64,000 bases of DNA. It comes from a bacterium. GTDB taxonomy: Bacteria; RBG-13-61-14; DATKZS01. Below, piece by piece: positions 9,709-20,640 of the stretch. The notes beneath the pieces are model-generated. The model did no database searches and was not told where the DNA came from. It worked only from the letters and a program-made list of their open reading frames with translations. A program made the position numbers and the translations under genes. Every line of letters begins with the position of its first letter. The first letter of the stretch is position 1. The stretch spans positions 1-64,000 of the forward strand of contig CAXXFL010000003.1 of NCBI GenBank assembly GCA_963674965.2, given 5' to 3'.

Positions 9709-10455
9709 TCAAGTACCTTTATCGCCGGGCCGGTCGTCAGCCACAACCACTCCGTCCTCCAGCCTGATCGAGCCCTCGCACCGGGCGGCCACCGCGGGAT
9801 CGTGGGTCACCACGATTATGGTCGAGTTCCGACCCAGGTGAAGCTCCTCGAGGAGATCGAGCACGCCCTGGCCGGTTTTCATGTCAAGGTTGCCCGTGGG
9901 CTCGTCGGCCAGGACCAGGGACGGTCCCATGACCATGGCCCGGGCGATGGCCACGCGCTGGCACTCGCCGCCCGACAGCTCGGAGGGCCGGTGCAAGCCC
10001 CGGGCGGCAAGGCCCACGGAAGCGAGGGCCTCCCCCGCCGCCCTCCTTGCATCCCCTCTTTTGCGGCCCGCGTACAAGAGGGGAAGGGCCACGTTGTCCA
10101 GGGCCGAGAACCGGGGAAGAAGATGAAAAGACTGGAACACGAAGCCGATGCGGGAGTTCCTGGCCCTGGCCAGTTCCCGTCCGCTCATACCCGAGGTGTC
10201 CCTCCCGTCCAGCGAGACCATGCCCGAGGTGGGACCGTCAAGCAGGCCCATCACGTGGAGCAGGGTGGACTTGCCAGAGCCGGAAGGACCGATAACGGCG
10301 GTGAACTCTCCGCGCCTGACCGTGAGGCTCACGTCCGCCAGGGCCCGGACCTCGTGGCTTCCCCTTTTGTAGGACTTGCAAACGCGGTTAAGATCGAGGA
10401 CGGGAGGAGCCCATGCCCCATCCTGGCCGGACTTGGCAAAAGGACCGCTATTCAA
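9709..10455 (-). CDS. ABC transporter ATP-binding protein (LolD/MacB-like)
   Basis: [36 protein letters not shown] and VTHD motifs. Confidence 0.93.
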   Translation of the reverse strand: MNSGPFAKSGQDGAWAPPVLDLNRVCKSYKRGSHEVRALADVSLTVRRGEFTAVIGPSGSGKSTLLHVMGLLDGPTSGMVSLDGRDTSGMSGRELARARNSRIGFVFQSFHLLPRFSALDNVALPLLYAGRKRGDARRAAGEALASVGLAARGLHRPSELSGGECQRVAIARAMVMGPSLVLADEPTGNLDMKTGQGVLDLLEELHLGRNSTIIVVTHDPAVAARCEGSIRLEDGVVVADDRPGDKGT

Positions 10456-10473
10456 GGTCCCTCCCCCGCGACC

Positions 10474-11862
10474 CTAGAAATTTCCCACGTCCCTCACGCT
10501 GAGGGCCGCCACTATGGCCACGCTCCAGGCGGTGCGAAGGTTCTTGGGCACGACCTTGAAGGTCCGCCACATACGGTCAGGAGAAAAATGGAACCTCCGG
10601 TAGGCGTCCTTGCTGATGGCGCGGAGCCGATCGTCGGAAACCTCGGAAAGGTTCACCATGAGCGAGGTGTAGTCCATGTCCTCGATGGCGTCCCCCCCGC
10701 GAGGAGCGGGAGATAACTCCGCCAACGGCGTGCCGGGAAAAGGGTTCACGTAAAATATGCCCGCCGCGTGACACTTGCTCGCGAGAGCGTAATCGACAGT
10801 CATCAGCATCTCGCTTTCCGTCTCCGTGGGAAAGCCCAGCATGAAGTAGCCAAGGATAAAAATGCCCTTGCCCGCGGTGTACTCGATTATGCGCTGGGTC
10901 TTGTCCAGGTCCAGGTTTTTATGGATGCTCTTTTGCAAACGAGGACTGGCCGTCTCGACGGCGTAGTTGATTCTGTAAGTTCCCGCCCTTTTTAGGAGGT
11001 CGATAAGCTCCTCGTCCATCCTGTCGGCCCGAAGGCCGTTGGAAAAGGAAATATGCAGCCCAAGGCCGGAACGGATGATCGATCGGGCTATCTCCTTGGC
11101 CCTGTCCAGCTTGACGTTAAAGGCGTCGTCAACTATCTCCAGCTCCCGCACCCCGAAGTCCTTGACCAGCCGCTCGATCTCCTCCATCACCGCCTCGGGA
11201 GAGCGGGCCCGAAAGCCCTTGCCGAACACGTTATGACAGTAAATGCAGCCGAAGGGACATCCCCGGCTGGTAAAAATAGTGGCGCTCCGCTGGGACCTCC
11301 TGAGCAAATTCTGGGTGTTGCGCCCGAAAAGCGACCAGTACCTGGTGGGATCGATCAGGTCCCAGGCCGGGACCAGCCGGTCCACGTCGGCGATGAAATC
11401 GGCCCTCTCGTTTTTCCGGATATCTCCGCCGCGCTTGAATATCAGGCTGGGAACGGACTCGAGGTCACCCGCTCCCAGGGCCTCGAGATAGGACAGCAAA
11501 GCCGTCTCCCCCTCACCTATAATGGCCCCGTCCACGGTCCCGTCCCGCGCCAGGTCCTCGCCCGAGGTCGAGACGAGAGGACCGCCAAGCAAAATGGGCG
11601 CGTCGCCGGCGGTTTTTCTCAAGGCGCGGGCCAGGTCCACGGCCCCCCGTTTCTCGAAGTGTATGGCCGATATCCCCATGACGTCCGGCCTTAGCTCGGC
11701 GGCCTCCTTCGCCGCGGCCTCCGGGCTCAGCCTGCGAAGTCGAGCGTCGATGAGACTTACCTCGTGCCCGGCCTCCCGCGCCGCCTGCCCCACGTATCCC
11801 ATTCCTAGAGGCAGCGTCGTGGCCCTGAGCCTCGAGTTCGGTCTAATAAGGACGACCTTCAT
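10474..11862 (-). CDS. B12-binding domain radical SAM protein
   Basis: N-terminal PLGMGY/ILLGG cobalamin domain; TSRGCPFGCIYC motif; FMLGFPTET. Confidence 0.92.
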   Translation of the reverse strand: MKVVLIRPNSRLRATTLPLGMGYVGQAAREAGHEVSLIDARLRRLSPEAAAKEAAELRPDVMGISAIHFEKRGAVDLARALRKTAGDAPILLGGPLVSTSGEDLARDGTVDGAIIGEGETALLSYLEALGAGDLESVPSLIFKRGGDIRKNERADFIADVDRLVPAWDLIDPTRYWSLFGRNTQNLLRRSQRSATIFTSRGCPFGCIYCHNVFGKGFRARSPEAVMEEIERLVKDFGVRELEIVDDAFNVKLDRAKEIARSIIRSGLGLHISFSNGLRADRMDEELIDLLKRAGTYRINYAVETASPRLQKSIHKNLDLDKTQRIIEYTAGKGIFILGYFMLGFPTETESEMLMTVDYALASKCHAAGIFYVNPFPGTPLAELSPAPRGGDAIEDMDYTSLMVNLSEVSDDRLRAISKDAYRRFHFSPDRMWRTFKVVPKNLRTAWSVAIVAALSVRDVGNF

Positions 11863-12383
11863 CCGTTTTCCTTTTCCACGAGAAGCAATTGGCCTTGTTA
11901 TTTGAAGGCGGTACCATACAATCGAAGCCGCCGGTTTGCAGCGGAATTCGCCAAGACCGGCCCGCCTTCATGATCGATTCATGTTACCAAATAGGGCCGA
12001 GAAGTCACGCTCGGCGCCATGGAGCGGATGACGCGGAGATAAAAATGGCCCGGGGCGTGACGCCGGGCCGGGGGGAGAGCGGGTTTGTGCCTTCGATCAG
12101 GCCGGGCTAAAACTCCTCCGTACTGAGGGAAGCGTTCGACCGGGTACGTGGAAAACGATCGGCGGCTTGCGGGGTCTTTAAGGCGGTTTGAAAAAGCTCG
12201 ATTCAATTCATCCCGTTGTCCTAAGTACAAGAGTGACTGTACCCCCTTCCCTTTAGGAATTTATAAGCCGAAAGTTAATTTCCCGTGAGGCTTGAAAAAC
12301 CATTTCCCCACAAGCCGCTTGTCCGCGGCCCAAAGGACGCTATAATCGTAAAACGCCCTGAATAAATAGAAAAGGTGGAATTG

Positions 12384-12977
12384 ATGAACGCTTCTTCCTC
12401 GCTTGGCTCCCTTTTGCCCTTCGCCGTGATCATAGGCGTAGTCGCCTTTATCGTCGTCATAGTCTACGTTCTTTTTCATCATATGAGGAAGAAAATGGAG
12501 CCCCTGGCCCTCGCCCTCGGCGGCGAGGTAAAAAGGAGCGAGTCCGACGGGACCCACGCGCTTTTTTTCCGCGAGGGCCTCGAGTGTCGGGCCGGGATCG
12601 AGATCGGCACGGATAAGACCCCTCCCCACCTGGGCGTCAGGATCATGATGGCCATGGGCTTCACGATCTACCTTACCAAGGAGGACCCCCTTACCAGGAA
12701 GCTGATGGAATGGGGCATAGGCCGAGACGTTCAAACCGGAGACGCCGAGTTCGACCGCGCCTTCAACGTCCAGTCCTCTGACGAAAGCGCCTCCTCCCGG
12801 ATACTCCTGGACAGGGAAAAACGAGAGGCCATCGCCCTTTTCTTCCAGGAGAACTTCGACCTGTTCCAGGTCAAGGAGGACTCGGTATACGTCCGCAAAC
12901 CCTATTACGACGCGTCCGACCTGGCCCCCGAAAAGATCGAGGAGTGGACGGCGCGGCTCATCAAGATCGCGAGGTGA
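12384..12977 (+). CDS. Hypothetical membrane-anchored protein
   Basis: N-terminal TM helix and a 'TGDAEFDRAF' segment; adjacent to the sialidase gene. Confidence 0.7.
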   Translation: MNASSSLGSLLPFAVIIGVVAFIVVIVYVLFHHMRKKMEPLALALGGEVKRSESDGTHALFFREGLECRAGIEIGTDKTPPHLGVRIMMAMGFTIYLTKEDPLTRKLMEWGIGRDVQTGDAEFDRAFNVQSSDESASSRILLDREKREAIALFFQENFDLFQVKEDSVYVRKPYYDASDLAPEKIEEWTARLIKIAR

Positions 12978-12981
12978 TGAC

Positions 12982-14040
12982 GTGCGAAAAGTTATCTGGA
13001 GTGCCGCGGCGGTAGTCCTTGTTTCAATAATGCTCTTTCCTCTGGTCGCGCCGGCGTGGGAAAGTACGTCGGTGGACCTTTTCGTCGGCGGCCGCGGCGG
13101 GTATCCGACCTACCGCATACCCGCCATGGTCGTCACTCCAAAGGGGACCATCCTGGCCTTTTGCGAGGGCCGCAAGACCGGCATCCTCGACCACGGCGAC
13201 CTGGACCTGGTCCTGAAGAGGAGTTTCGACGGGGGCCGGACCTGGGGGCCACTTCAGACCATCGAGAAGAAGGGCTTCCAGACCTGGGGAAACCCCGCTC
13301 CCGTGGTGGACCGCGACACCGGCAGGGTGTGGCTTCCCTTTTGCCTCAACAACGACCGGGTGTTCGTCACCTGGAGCGACGACGAGGGCGAGACCTGGGC
13401 AAAGCCCCGCGAGATAACGGCCGACGTCAAGGAAGAGGGATGGACCTGGTACGCCACCGGGCCGGGCCACGCCGTCCAGTTGTCGTCCGGCCGCCTGCTC
13501 GTTCCCTGCGACCACGCGTCCATGAAGGGCGTCTATTCCCACGTCATCTATTCCGACGACCATGGAGAAACCTGGCGGCTGGGAGGCGTACTCGATAAGG
13601 GCACCGACGAGTGCATGGCCCTCGAGACCGCGGACGGACGCGTCTACCTGACCATGAGGAACGTCTACGGCAAGAGAAGAAGGGCCTACGCCTGGAGCGA
13701 GGACGGGGGCCTCACCTGGTCGCCGGTCATGATCGAGGAATCCCTCACCTGCCCCACCTGCCAGGCCAGCGTCGTACGCCTCGGTCCGGAAAAGGACTTT
13801 GCCGTCTTCCTTAACCCGGCCCACCGGAAAAGACGGAACATGGCCTTCCGAATAAGCCGCGACGGGGCCAAAAGCTGGAGCGAGCCGCATACCATCCACG
13901 CCGGACGCGCGGCCTACTCGGACCTGGCCGTCCTTCCGGGCGGCGGCGTGGCGGCCCTCTACGAGAACGGCGCTATTTGGCCCTATAGCAAAATCACCTT
14001 TACCGTCATCGATCCCGGATGGATCGAACAAGAGGACTGA
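12982..14040 (+). CDS. Secreted GH33 sialidase-family protein
   Basis: YRIP motif, five Asp-boxes (SxDxGxTW) and AYSDL; signal peptide. Confidence 0.9.
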   Translation: MRKVIWSAAAVVLVSIMLFPLVAPAWESTSVDLFVGGRGGYPTYRIPAMVVTPKGTILAFCEGRKTGILDHGDLDLVLKRSFDGGRTWGPLQTIEKKGFQTWGNPAPVVDRDTGRVWLPFCLNNDRVFVTWSDDEGETWAKPREITADVKEEGWTWYATGPGHAVQLSSGRLLVPCDHASMKGVYSHVIYSDDHGETWRLGGVLDKGTDECMALETADGRVYLTMRNVYGKRRRAYAWSEDGGLTWSPVMIEESLTCPTCQASVVRLGPEKDFAVFLNPAHRKRRNMAFRISRDGAKSWSEPHTIHAGRAAYSDLAVLPGGGVAALYENGAIWPYSKITFTVIDPGWIEQED

Positions 14041-14091
14041 GAATTTCCAGGGGGGCTTCTCTTCACCGCCGATGACGGAAAAGTTTCGGCC

Positions 14092-14925
14092 TTAATCTAA
14101 AAGCTCGACGAACGCGTCGATCCTCTCGTCCAGAATGGAGACGGCCTCCATAAGCTCGTCCTTGTTTTGAAAGGTCGAGCCCAGGCTCCTCAGGACCAGG
14201 TCGTGGCGGGGAGCGGATGAGCCGAGGGCGTCGTAGTCGATCATGTAGACCTGGTAGCTTCTTCCCTGGAAGTAGTATTTGCCGAACCTGCCCGGGTCCC
14301 GCGCGAAGGGCCATTCCTCTTTCAGCTTGAGATACCGGTGAAAGACGCGGGCGGCTTTTTCATCCCGAGCGACCATGCCCAGGTCGGGCGTGGCGTGGAG
14401 GCGGTCGGCCGCGAGTTCCACGAAGCCCTTGATGAGGTCTATGTCCTGGATGCAAAGCCCGTAAAGGTACCAGTCCCCGCAGGCGGCCATGACGGCTCGG
14501 GACTCCTTTTCTCCCAGGTAGGTATAGGAGGTGCACTTGGCCTCGCCGCAGGTGCGATGGCCGTATTGGCAGTAATCGCGCAGGTCCCGGCCCAGCCTGA
14601 GGGGATGGAGCAGGCAGCCGACCCTGGTCTCGGCCTTATCGAGAAACCCCGAGAAGGGGCAGTTGTAGATGACCTCGAACCTTATGGGAGGACGCGAGGA
14701 CAAGACCTTCTCCCGAATCCGCTCCACCTCCGCGTCCGTGCCGTCCCAGCCCTCCATGGCCCCGGTCTGAAGACGCAGGACCGAGGTGACCAACTCCCGC
14801 GAGTGGCCCTCGTAGTTGTATACGCCGCAGCAGGCCGCGCAAGAGGGCGCGCTGAACAGGACGGGAGCAGGCTGGCAAAGATGGAACTCCTCCGGCATGG
14901 ACGTCCATGCTAACCCGCCTTTCAC
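14092..14925 (-). CDS. Cys-rich hypothetical protein (possible Fe-S/Zn binding)
   Basis: SCAACCGVYN, CPF, GCLLHP and C-x5-C-x4-C clusters. Confidence 0.7.
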   Translation of the reverse strand: MKGGLAWTSMPEEFHLCQPAPVLFSAPSCAACCGVYNYEGHSRELVTSVLRLQTGAMEGWDGTDAEVERIREKVLSSRPPIRFEVIYNCPFSGFLDKAETRVGCLLHPLRLGRDLRDYCQYGHRTCGEAKCTSYTYLGEKESRAVMAACGDWYLYGLCIQDIDLIKGFVELAADRLHATPDLGMVARDEKAARVFHRYLKLKEEWPFARDPGRFGKYYFQGRSYQVYMIDYDALGSSAPRHDLVLRSLGSTFQNKDELMEAVSILDERIDAFVELLD

Positions 14926-15037
14926 CGGCGGTCCAATGGCCGGGCGCGATTACCCGTGACGGCATGGTCGAGACCGACTCGGGTGGAAAAGCCAAAAAAG
15001 GTTTGACCGCTCCGCCGCCGTATTGTATTTTCATTAT

Positions 15038-16807
15038 TTAGTTTCTGTTGCACAACTGCTTAATGGCTTTCATTATGCGGTGCGGAGAGGATATGGACAT
15101 GCAGATTTTCAGGGCGTCCATAAAGGACGGAAAAGATTTTAACGCTTTCAGGCGAGTTGAATGCCTGAGCCGGCCCTTTTCTATCCTTTCAAAAAACACC
15201 TCTCCTTTTGCTGTTTTTCATTTCCGTTTTTCATTGCCCCCACAGGGGCGCGCCCGGCGGCGGCTAAGTCAGCAGCGCGAGTTTTCGAAGGTTCCAGGCA
15301 AAGAACGAAAGACCCACCCAGGACTTGAAGCTCTCGAAACCTCTCCACAGGCATCGGCTCAGACCGAAGCCGCGAAGAAGGGCGGAAAGGCCGCCCTCGA
15401 TCCCGGCCCGGAAGCGAAGAAGCTTCTTGAACCAGCGCTGACGCTCGTGCTCGATCCGCTCCGAACTCCTTTTGCCGGGCTTGGGAATGGCCAGGCGCTC
15501 GATATAATAAGGACCTTCGGTCGCAAGCTTCTCATTGTCCTCATGATAGAAGCGGCGGTCGCCGGTAAACTCGCGTGGAGCCTTGCCGAACAGGCGGACG
15601 TGTTTTTGCAAAATGTCCTCGAAAAGGTCGGCGTCGGAAGGGTTGCCCTCGCACACTTTATATTGAAGCACAATCCCCGACCTTCCCGTCGCCGCCATCA
15701 CCTTGTGACCGAACTCGGTCGGGCTCATGGTCTTGCCTCTCCGGATGATATCAACGTGCGGCTCGAAAACGGAAACCACCTTCTCTTGCGCGGGAACCTT
15801 CTCGCCTTTTATAACCCGCCGCTCGCACTGCTCGACGCACTGCTCAGAAAGCGGCAGGTAATGATCGAGTTCGCTCTTGATCATGGTTGCCAGGCCCGCA
15901 TCGCTGAAATAAAGCTCTCCGCCTTTAAGGGCCTCGTCCAGCGCCTCCCGCGCCGAGCGGGCCATGGCCAAGATTTCCGCCGAAACCTTGAGAAGGTCCC
16001 GGTACCAGACCGCCCGTTTCTTCTCGATCCCTTTGCCTTTGCCCATGGCGATCTGGTAAGCGCGCTTCTTGGCCCGCCGAGTCCGGTCATGATATTCGAA
16101 CCCGAGACCCGGCAGCTCCTTCCGCGCTCCTTTCATCAACCGGTCCAATACACGGATGCTGTCAAAAAGAAGCGAAGCGTCGGTCGGATAGTGGATGTTG
16201 GCCTCGGCCACCGCGGTGTCAGCGCGGACCGCCTCGCCGTCTTCTACTTTTTTTTTAATGGCCAGGGCCACGAGCATTTCGTTGATCCGCTCCCAGGTCT
16301 CGGGGCGGATGCGTTTTATCGCCCGCTCCAGGCTGCTGAAATGGGGAATGTCCCGCCCGAAGAACCTGGTGAACTTGCGGAAATTGTAATCGGAACCGAG
16401 GCGGTCGCCGAGTTCCCGGTAGGAATAACACTTGAGTTGATAGATGACCGCGCTCCTAAGGACCTGCTCGACGCTCATCCCCTCGGCGCCGGTCTCCTTG
16501 AGTCCGCTTTGGAGATCATCGGCAACAGCTTCCAGAATTTCCTTGGCCTCGTCGAGCGCTATGCTCATCTTCTCAAGCTCAGTGTCTTGTTTGAAAAGAT
16601 GGCCCGCTTTCAAAAATTCGTGGTCTTCAATGGTCATTTGCATTTTAATTTTCGGTCGCATTTTTCGCCCCCTTCACAGCATCCCGGCAAGTCAATCCTT
16701 GATTTTTCAAGGAGTTATTGTATCATATCAAGACCAAAAAGGGAAGCGAAAAATGCTTACAGCACATTGTTTTTATTGGCTTTTTCTAGTTACGCAACTG
16801 GAACTAA
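15038..16807 (-). mobile_element. Insertion sequence (ISNCY/IS5-like DDE family)
   Basis: Imperfect TIRs TTAGTTTCTGTTGCACAACT and (reverse complement) TTAGTTCCAGTTGCGTAACT flank the transposase gene. Confidence 0.8.
15264..16661 (-). CDS. DDE transposase (ISNCY/IS5-like)
   Basis: DTAVAEANIHYPTD, EFGHKV, GDRRF and RAGIEG motifs. Confidence 0.9.
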   Translation of the reverse strand: MRPKIKMQMTIEDHEFLKAGHLFKQDTELEKMSIALDEAKEILEAVADDLQSGLKETGAEGMSVEQVLRSAVIYQLKCYSYRELGDRLGSDYNFRKFTRFFGRDIPHFSSLERAIKRIRPETWERINEMLVALAIKKKVEDGEAVRADTAVAEANIHYPTDASLLFDSIRVLDRLMKGARKELPGLGFEYHDRTRRAKKRAYQIAMGKGKGIEKKRAVWYRDLLKVSAEILAMARSAREALDEALKGGELYFSDAGLATMIKSELDHYLPLSEQCVEQCERRVIKGEKVPAQEKVVSVFEPHVDIIRRGKTMSPTEFGHKVMAATGRSGIVLQYKVCEGNPSDADLFEDILQKHVRLFGKAPREFTGDRRFYHEDNEKLATEGPYYIERLAIPKPGKRSSERIEHERQRWFKKLLRFRAGIEGGLSALLRGFGLSRCLWRGFESFKSWVGLSFFAWNLRKLALLT

Positions 16808-17059
16808 TTAAGTATGGTGTCCAGATCTAATCTATGGATCTAAGGATCTCATGTCTAAGCAGAAGACTATGGGGATGACTTTAAATATCTCGCAATTTAT
16901 TTTTCTCCACTTTACCATGGCTTGCAAAAGAAAGCTAGGTATGTATACTCCTTAAGGGAAGCTCAAATACATTAAATTTACATTGCTTTAGAATGATATA
17001 ATGCCTCAAAAGAAGCGACCGGAATGTGTCAAGCAAAATGAGACACGCCTTTCCTGAAT

Positions 17060-18076
17060 TTAGTGTGGCAAACTGTTTATTTCCTCCGGTTTCGCCGGTG
17101 GGTTGATCCACGCTTTGCCGGGCAACTCCGGCGCCGTCGGCGGTCTTTTCACGAAGCGCTCCGGTTTTTTTTCATAGGCGTGGTCGAGCGTTTTTTGCCT
17201 GGCGGCCACGATCTCGCTCGCCATTCCGTAATGGACCATCTCGGGCGTCATCAGGCCGATCCCGGTGTGCCGATGCTCGCGGTTGTACCAATCGAAAAAC
17301 TTCACGCAAAAGGCCCTGGCGTCCTCGATGGAGCCGAACCGGCTCGGGAACTCGGGCCGGTACTTCATGGTCTTGAACTGGCTTTCCGAGTAGGGGTTGT
17401 CGTCGGACACGTGGGGCCGCGAGTGGCTCTTGGTCACGCCCAGGTCGGCCATCAAGAAGGCCACCGGCTTTGATTTCATCGAACTCCCCCGGTCGGCGTG
17501 GATGGTGAGTTGTCCCGGCTCGATCCCCTGTTTTCGGATGCTGTCCCCGATCAGGCGGCGGGCCAGCTCCGCGCTTTCGCGTCCGGCGATCATCCATCCC
17601 ACCACGCAGCGGCTGAAGATGTCCATGATCACGTAGAGTTGGTAGCAGGTCCATTTGGCCGGTCCCTTGAGTTTGGTGACGTCCCAGGACCAGACCTGGT
17701 TGGGGGCCTCGGCCAGCAACTCGGGTTTTTTGTATCGGGGACGCCGGAGTTGGTTGCGCCGCTCCCGGACTTCCTTTTCCGAGTCGAGGACGCGGTACAT
17801 GGTGCGGACCGAGCACAGCCATGTCCCCTCGTCCAGGAGCGTTGCCCAGACCTCGCGGGGGGCCTTGTCGGCAAAGCGCTCGGAGTGGAGTTCGTCCAGC
17901 ACCCGGCGCCGCTCGTCCTCGCTCAACGACCTTGCCGGCTTGGCCGCGCGCCTCGGCGGCGGAGGCCCGAAGGGAATTTTAGCGCGACGATTAAACGTTG
18001 CTCGCGACAGGCCCAGGGCCTCGCAGGCGGCCTTGGCGCCGACCCGGGGAGCGGCCGTGCTTGCCGATTCCATCAT
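17060..18076 (-). CDS. Integrase-core (rve) transposase OrfB
   Basis: PNQVWSWDVT, HADRGS and DNPYSESQFKT motifs (DDE). Confidence 0.93.
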   Translation of the reverse strand: MMESASTAAPRVGAKAACEALGLSRATFNRRAKIPFGPPPPRRAAKPARSLSEDERRRVLDELHSERFADKAPREVWATLLDEGTWLCSVRTMYRVLDSEKEVRERRNQLRRPRYKKPELLAEAPNQVWSWDVTKLKGPAKWTCYQLYVIMDIFSRCVVGWMIAGRESAELARRLIGDSIRKQGIEPGQLTIHADRGSSMKSKPVAFLMADLGVTKSHSRPHVSDDNPYSESQFKTMKYRPEFPSRFGSIEDARAFCVKFFDWYNREHRHTGIGLMTPEMVHYGMASEIVAARQKTLDHAYEKKPERFVKRPPTAPELPGKAWINPPAKPEEINSLPH

Positions 18077-18600
18077 TCGCTCTCTTCGCCGGGCGGCTTG
18101 GCCAGGGGTATCCCCAGCAGATCGGCAACTTTTTTTTGGAAGTCGATTATCATCTCGGCCTGTTCGAGCCGCTTTTGGAGCTTCCGGTTCTCGCGCTCGA
18201 GGCGGGCCACTTCATCGGCCAGCGGGTTTTTGGCCTTGGGCTTGCGGCCCCGCTTTACGGGCGAAAGCGCTTTCAAGGCCCCCTCGTCCCGCTGCTTGCG
18301 CCAGGCCGTCAGGTGCGACGAATAAAGGCCCTCCCGGCGCAGCAGGGCGCCGACCTCGCCATGCCCCGAGCAGGCGTCGGCCTTCCCGAGGATTGCGAGC
18401 TTGTAAGCCGCGGTGAAGCGCCGCCGGGCGGGCTTTTCCGGGACCTCCGGCTCGGGAAGAATGATCGGCGCCCCCACCCGCTCGGGCCGCTTGGCAGGAG
18501 TGTCCTCCGGCTCGGCCGTCCCGGTTGGGGAGACTCCGGTCGCCCTACGGGCTCCCTCCGTCTCCCCAACAATCCCTGCCTTCTTCCTGTCTTCATCCAT
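18073..18600 (-). CDS. Transposase OrfA (HTH + coiled coil)
   Basis: RRRFTAAYKLAIL..LLRREGLYSSHLTAWR; overlaps the OrfB start (ATGA). Confidence 0.88.
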   Translation of the reverse strand: MDEDRKKAGIVGETEGARRATGVSPTGTAEPEDTPAKRPERVGAPIILPEPEVPEKPARRRFTAAYKLAILGKADACSGHGEVGALLRREGLYSSHLTAWRKQRDEGALKALSPVKRGRKPKAKNPLADEVARLERENRKLQKRLEQAEMIIDFQKKVADLLGIPLAKPPGEESE

Positions 18601-19030
18601 CTCTCTATACATCCTAATACCTCCCCCGCCCTACAGTAATTTAACATAGGGGAAGTGTCTCATCTACGTTGGCACAGAGGGTGCCCCCCACCCCTGAGCC
18701 GAAAGCCAGTTCGCTTCTCTAACCCACGTAAGACGCGTGGAGGACCCTGATTTGAGACCGCGCGGAGGGATGGTAGGCCGACCCGTCTCTCTCGCCGCCG
18801 CGTCTTTCCACCTCTTTTCGCCATCTTGCCCATGTACCTATCCGGCTCCGCCGGCCCCGGGCGGTTTCTTACGAAACCGGCCGGGTCACCCCGCGGTTCG
18901 CTACCATAGTTATTGTACCAGAAAATAAATTCCCCAATATAGAAAAAAGAACCCTCCTATAAAAAAGGACAATAACGTCATTGAGCTGACAATTAAGGAT
19001 ATTAGTAAAAATGGATACATCCATTTATTA

Positions 19031-20025
19031 GAGCACTTCACGTTTGTAATGTCGTATAACCGCACGAAAAAAAATAGCCCTTAGCATCGCTGGCCGTAAT
19101 GGAAGATAATGCCTCGCTTATTGCCGCGATTAATCGAGGATGCGTTCGCGCCTTGGCGGAGCGTAAATGATTCTTCACCTTGCTCCACATCTTTTCGATC
19201 GGATTGAAATCGGGACTGTACGGAGGCAGGAACACCAAGCGGGCGCCGAGGGCCTCGATAATCTCCCGACTTTGGGCGTCCTTGTGCACCGAGAGATTAT
19301 CGGCGACCACCACGTCGCCCGGCCGCAAGGTCGGGCCAAGGATGTGCCTGACGTAAGACCGAAAAACCTCACGGTTCGCGGAACCCTCGATCGCCATGCA
19401 ACTCACCTGCCCGTCAAAACGAATCGAGCCGATCATCGTCGTGGTATGCCAATGACCATGGGGGGCGTGATCACGGACTCTCTGGCCCCGGCGGCCCCGC
19501 CCGCGGTGGCGGGTCATGTTGGTCTTGGCGCCAGACTCGTCGATGAATACCAGCCGCCGAGCATCGCCGAGCATCGGACCCGCGCTCCACTCCAGGCGGG
19601 AATGGATCACGTCAGGCCGGTTTTGTTCGCTGGCCGAAAGCGTTTTTTTTTAGGCTGTACCCCAAGCGCGCAACGGCGCGCTGCACCGCCATGAGGGAAC
19701 ACGACTTGCCCGTGAGTTCGCGCAACTCATCAAGAGTCGCGTCCGGGTGGCGAGCAATAAGGCCGTCCAAACGCTTAAGGTCGGCGCCGCGATAAACGGC
19801 GGCGCGGTGGCCACGTTTACCCGGCTCGGTCGAGCCATGTTCCCGGTACTGCTTGAGCCAGCGTTGAAAGGTGCGCGTACTGACCCGAAAGATGGCGGCG
19901 ACCTCCAATTGCGTGTAATCGCCGGTCTGATAGGCGGCAAGCGCCCGCTCGCGAATCTCTGAAGATGATATTCCCATGACAAGAGAATACCACAATCAAT
20001 ACGTCATGTCAATCGTTAAGTGCTC
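19031..20025 (-). mobile_element. IS630-family insertion sequence
   Basis: TIRs GAGCACTTCACGTTTG and (reverse complement) GAGCACTTAACGATTG, flanked by TA on both sides (19029-30 and 20026-27). Confidence 0.92.
19038..19977 (-). CDS. IS630 transposase, two frames joined by a probable -1 programmed frameshift
   Basis: HTH OrfA ends ..YSLKKN at an A9 run (19643-19651); the DDE frame has FIDESG, DNLSVH and LPPYSPDFNPIE. Confidence 0.88.
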
Positions 20026-20584
20026 TAGAGAGGCGTTTATGAATTCCATCAATATTCATCGTCGAAGAACCCATTGATTTTCAAAAATTAAGTACGCTGT
20101 CCCCAGAACTAACGTAACCTAAGCGTAATGAGGGTCTGGCCGTTTCAACGGCCTTCCGAGCATGGCGAGTTCCAGGCCCGCGCTTTAGCGCGGGTTGACG
20201 GCCGCCCCGATATATTTTTCCGGGAGCGCGTTTCAACGCGCTTCTCGCGACAATGGATTTATCCGGGGAACGGCGCAAGGAGCGCCGCGGTCCAGGCAAG
20301 GGCGGAGCGGAGCGAGCCCGGGAAGGGGTCGCCGAAGCGTCCGCCTTGAGAAGGACGTTAAAACGCCCTCGATCGATAACGCGGGCCACCGAGTAACCCG
20401 CGCTGAAGCGCGGGCCTATTAGCTCGCGTCGCCCAAGCTCGCTCGGAAGCCCGATGAATCGGGCCGCTATGAACGCCTGGACGGTGAGGCGAGAGAGGCA
20501 AACGGTTTTGGGAATAAGTAACCCATGGGGTTCCGGGGACAGCATACTTAATTATTTAACAGATCTGGGGACAGCATACTTATC
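20026..20584. repeat. Cluster of REP-like palindromes and GGGGACAGCATACTTAATT-type repeats
   Basis: 20026-20110 recurs at 22489-22577; 20137-20260 recurs at 22323-22447; a degenerate inverted copy lies at ~20345-20470. Confidence 0.8.
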
Positions 20585-20640
20585 TCTCCTATGATGGTTG
20601 TCTACCCAACCTTTTAAATTAGCTGAATTATTTTACAAAC

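Larger units (their letters stand above)
17025..18676 (-). mobile_element. IS3-like two-ORF insertion sequence
   Basis: TIRs TGTGTCAAGCAAAATGAGACAC and (reverse complement) TGTGCCAACGTAGATGAGACAC. True ends may extend a few bp further. Confidence 0.85.

Noticed and set aside
11863-12374. Possible riboswitch or sRNA in the divergent intergenic region
   Set aside because: No known aptamer consensus recognised by eye; an Rfam scan would be needed.
15048-16811. 587-aa plus-strand ORF spanning the IS
   Set aside because: Antisense shadow of the transposase; no recognisable motifs.
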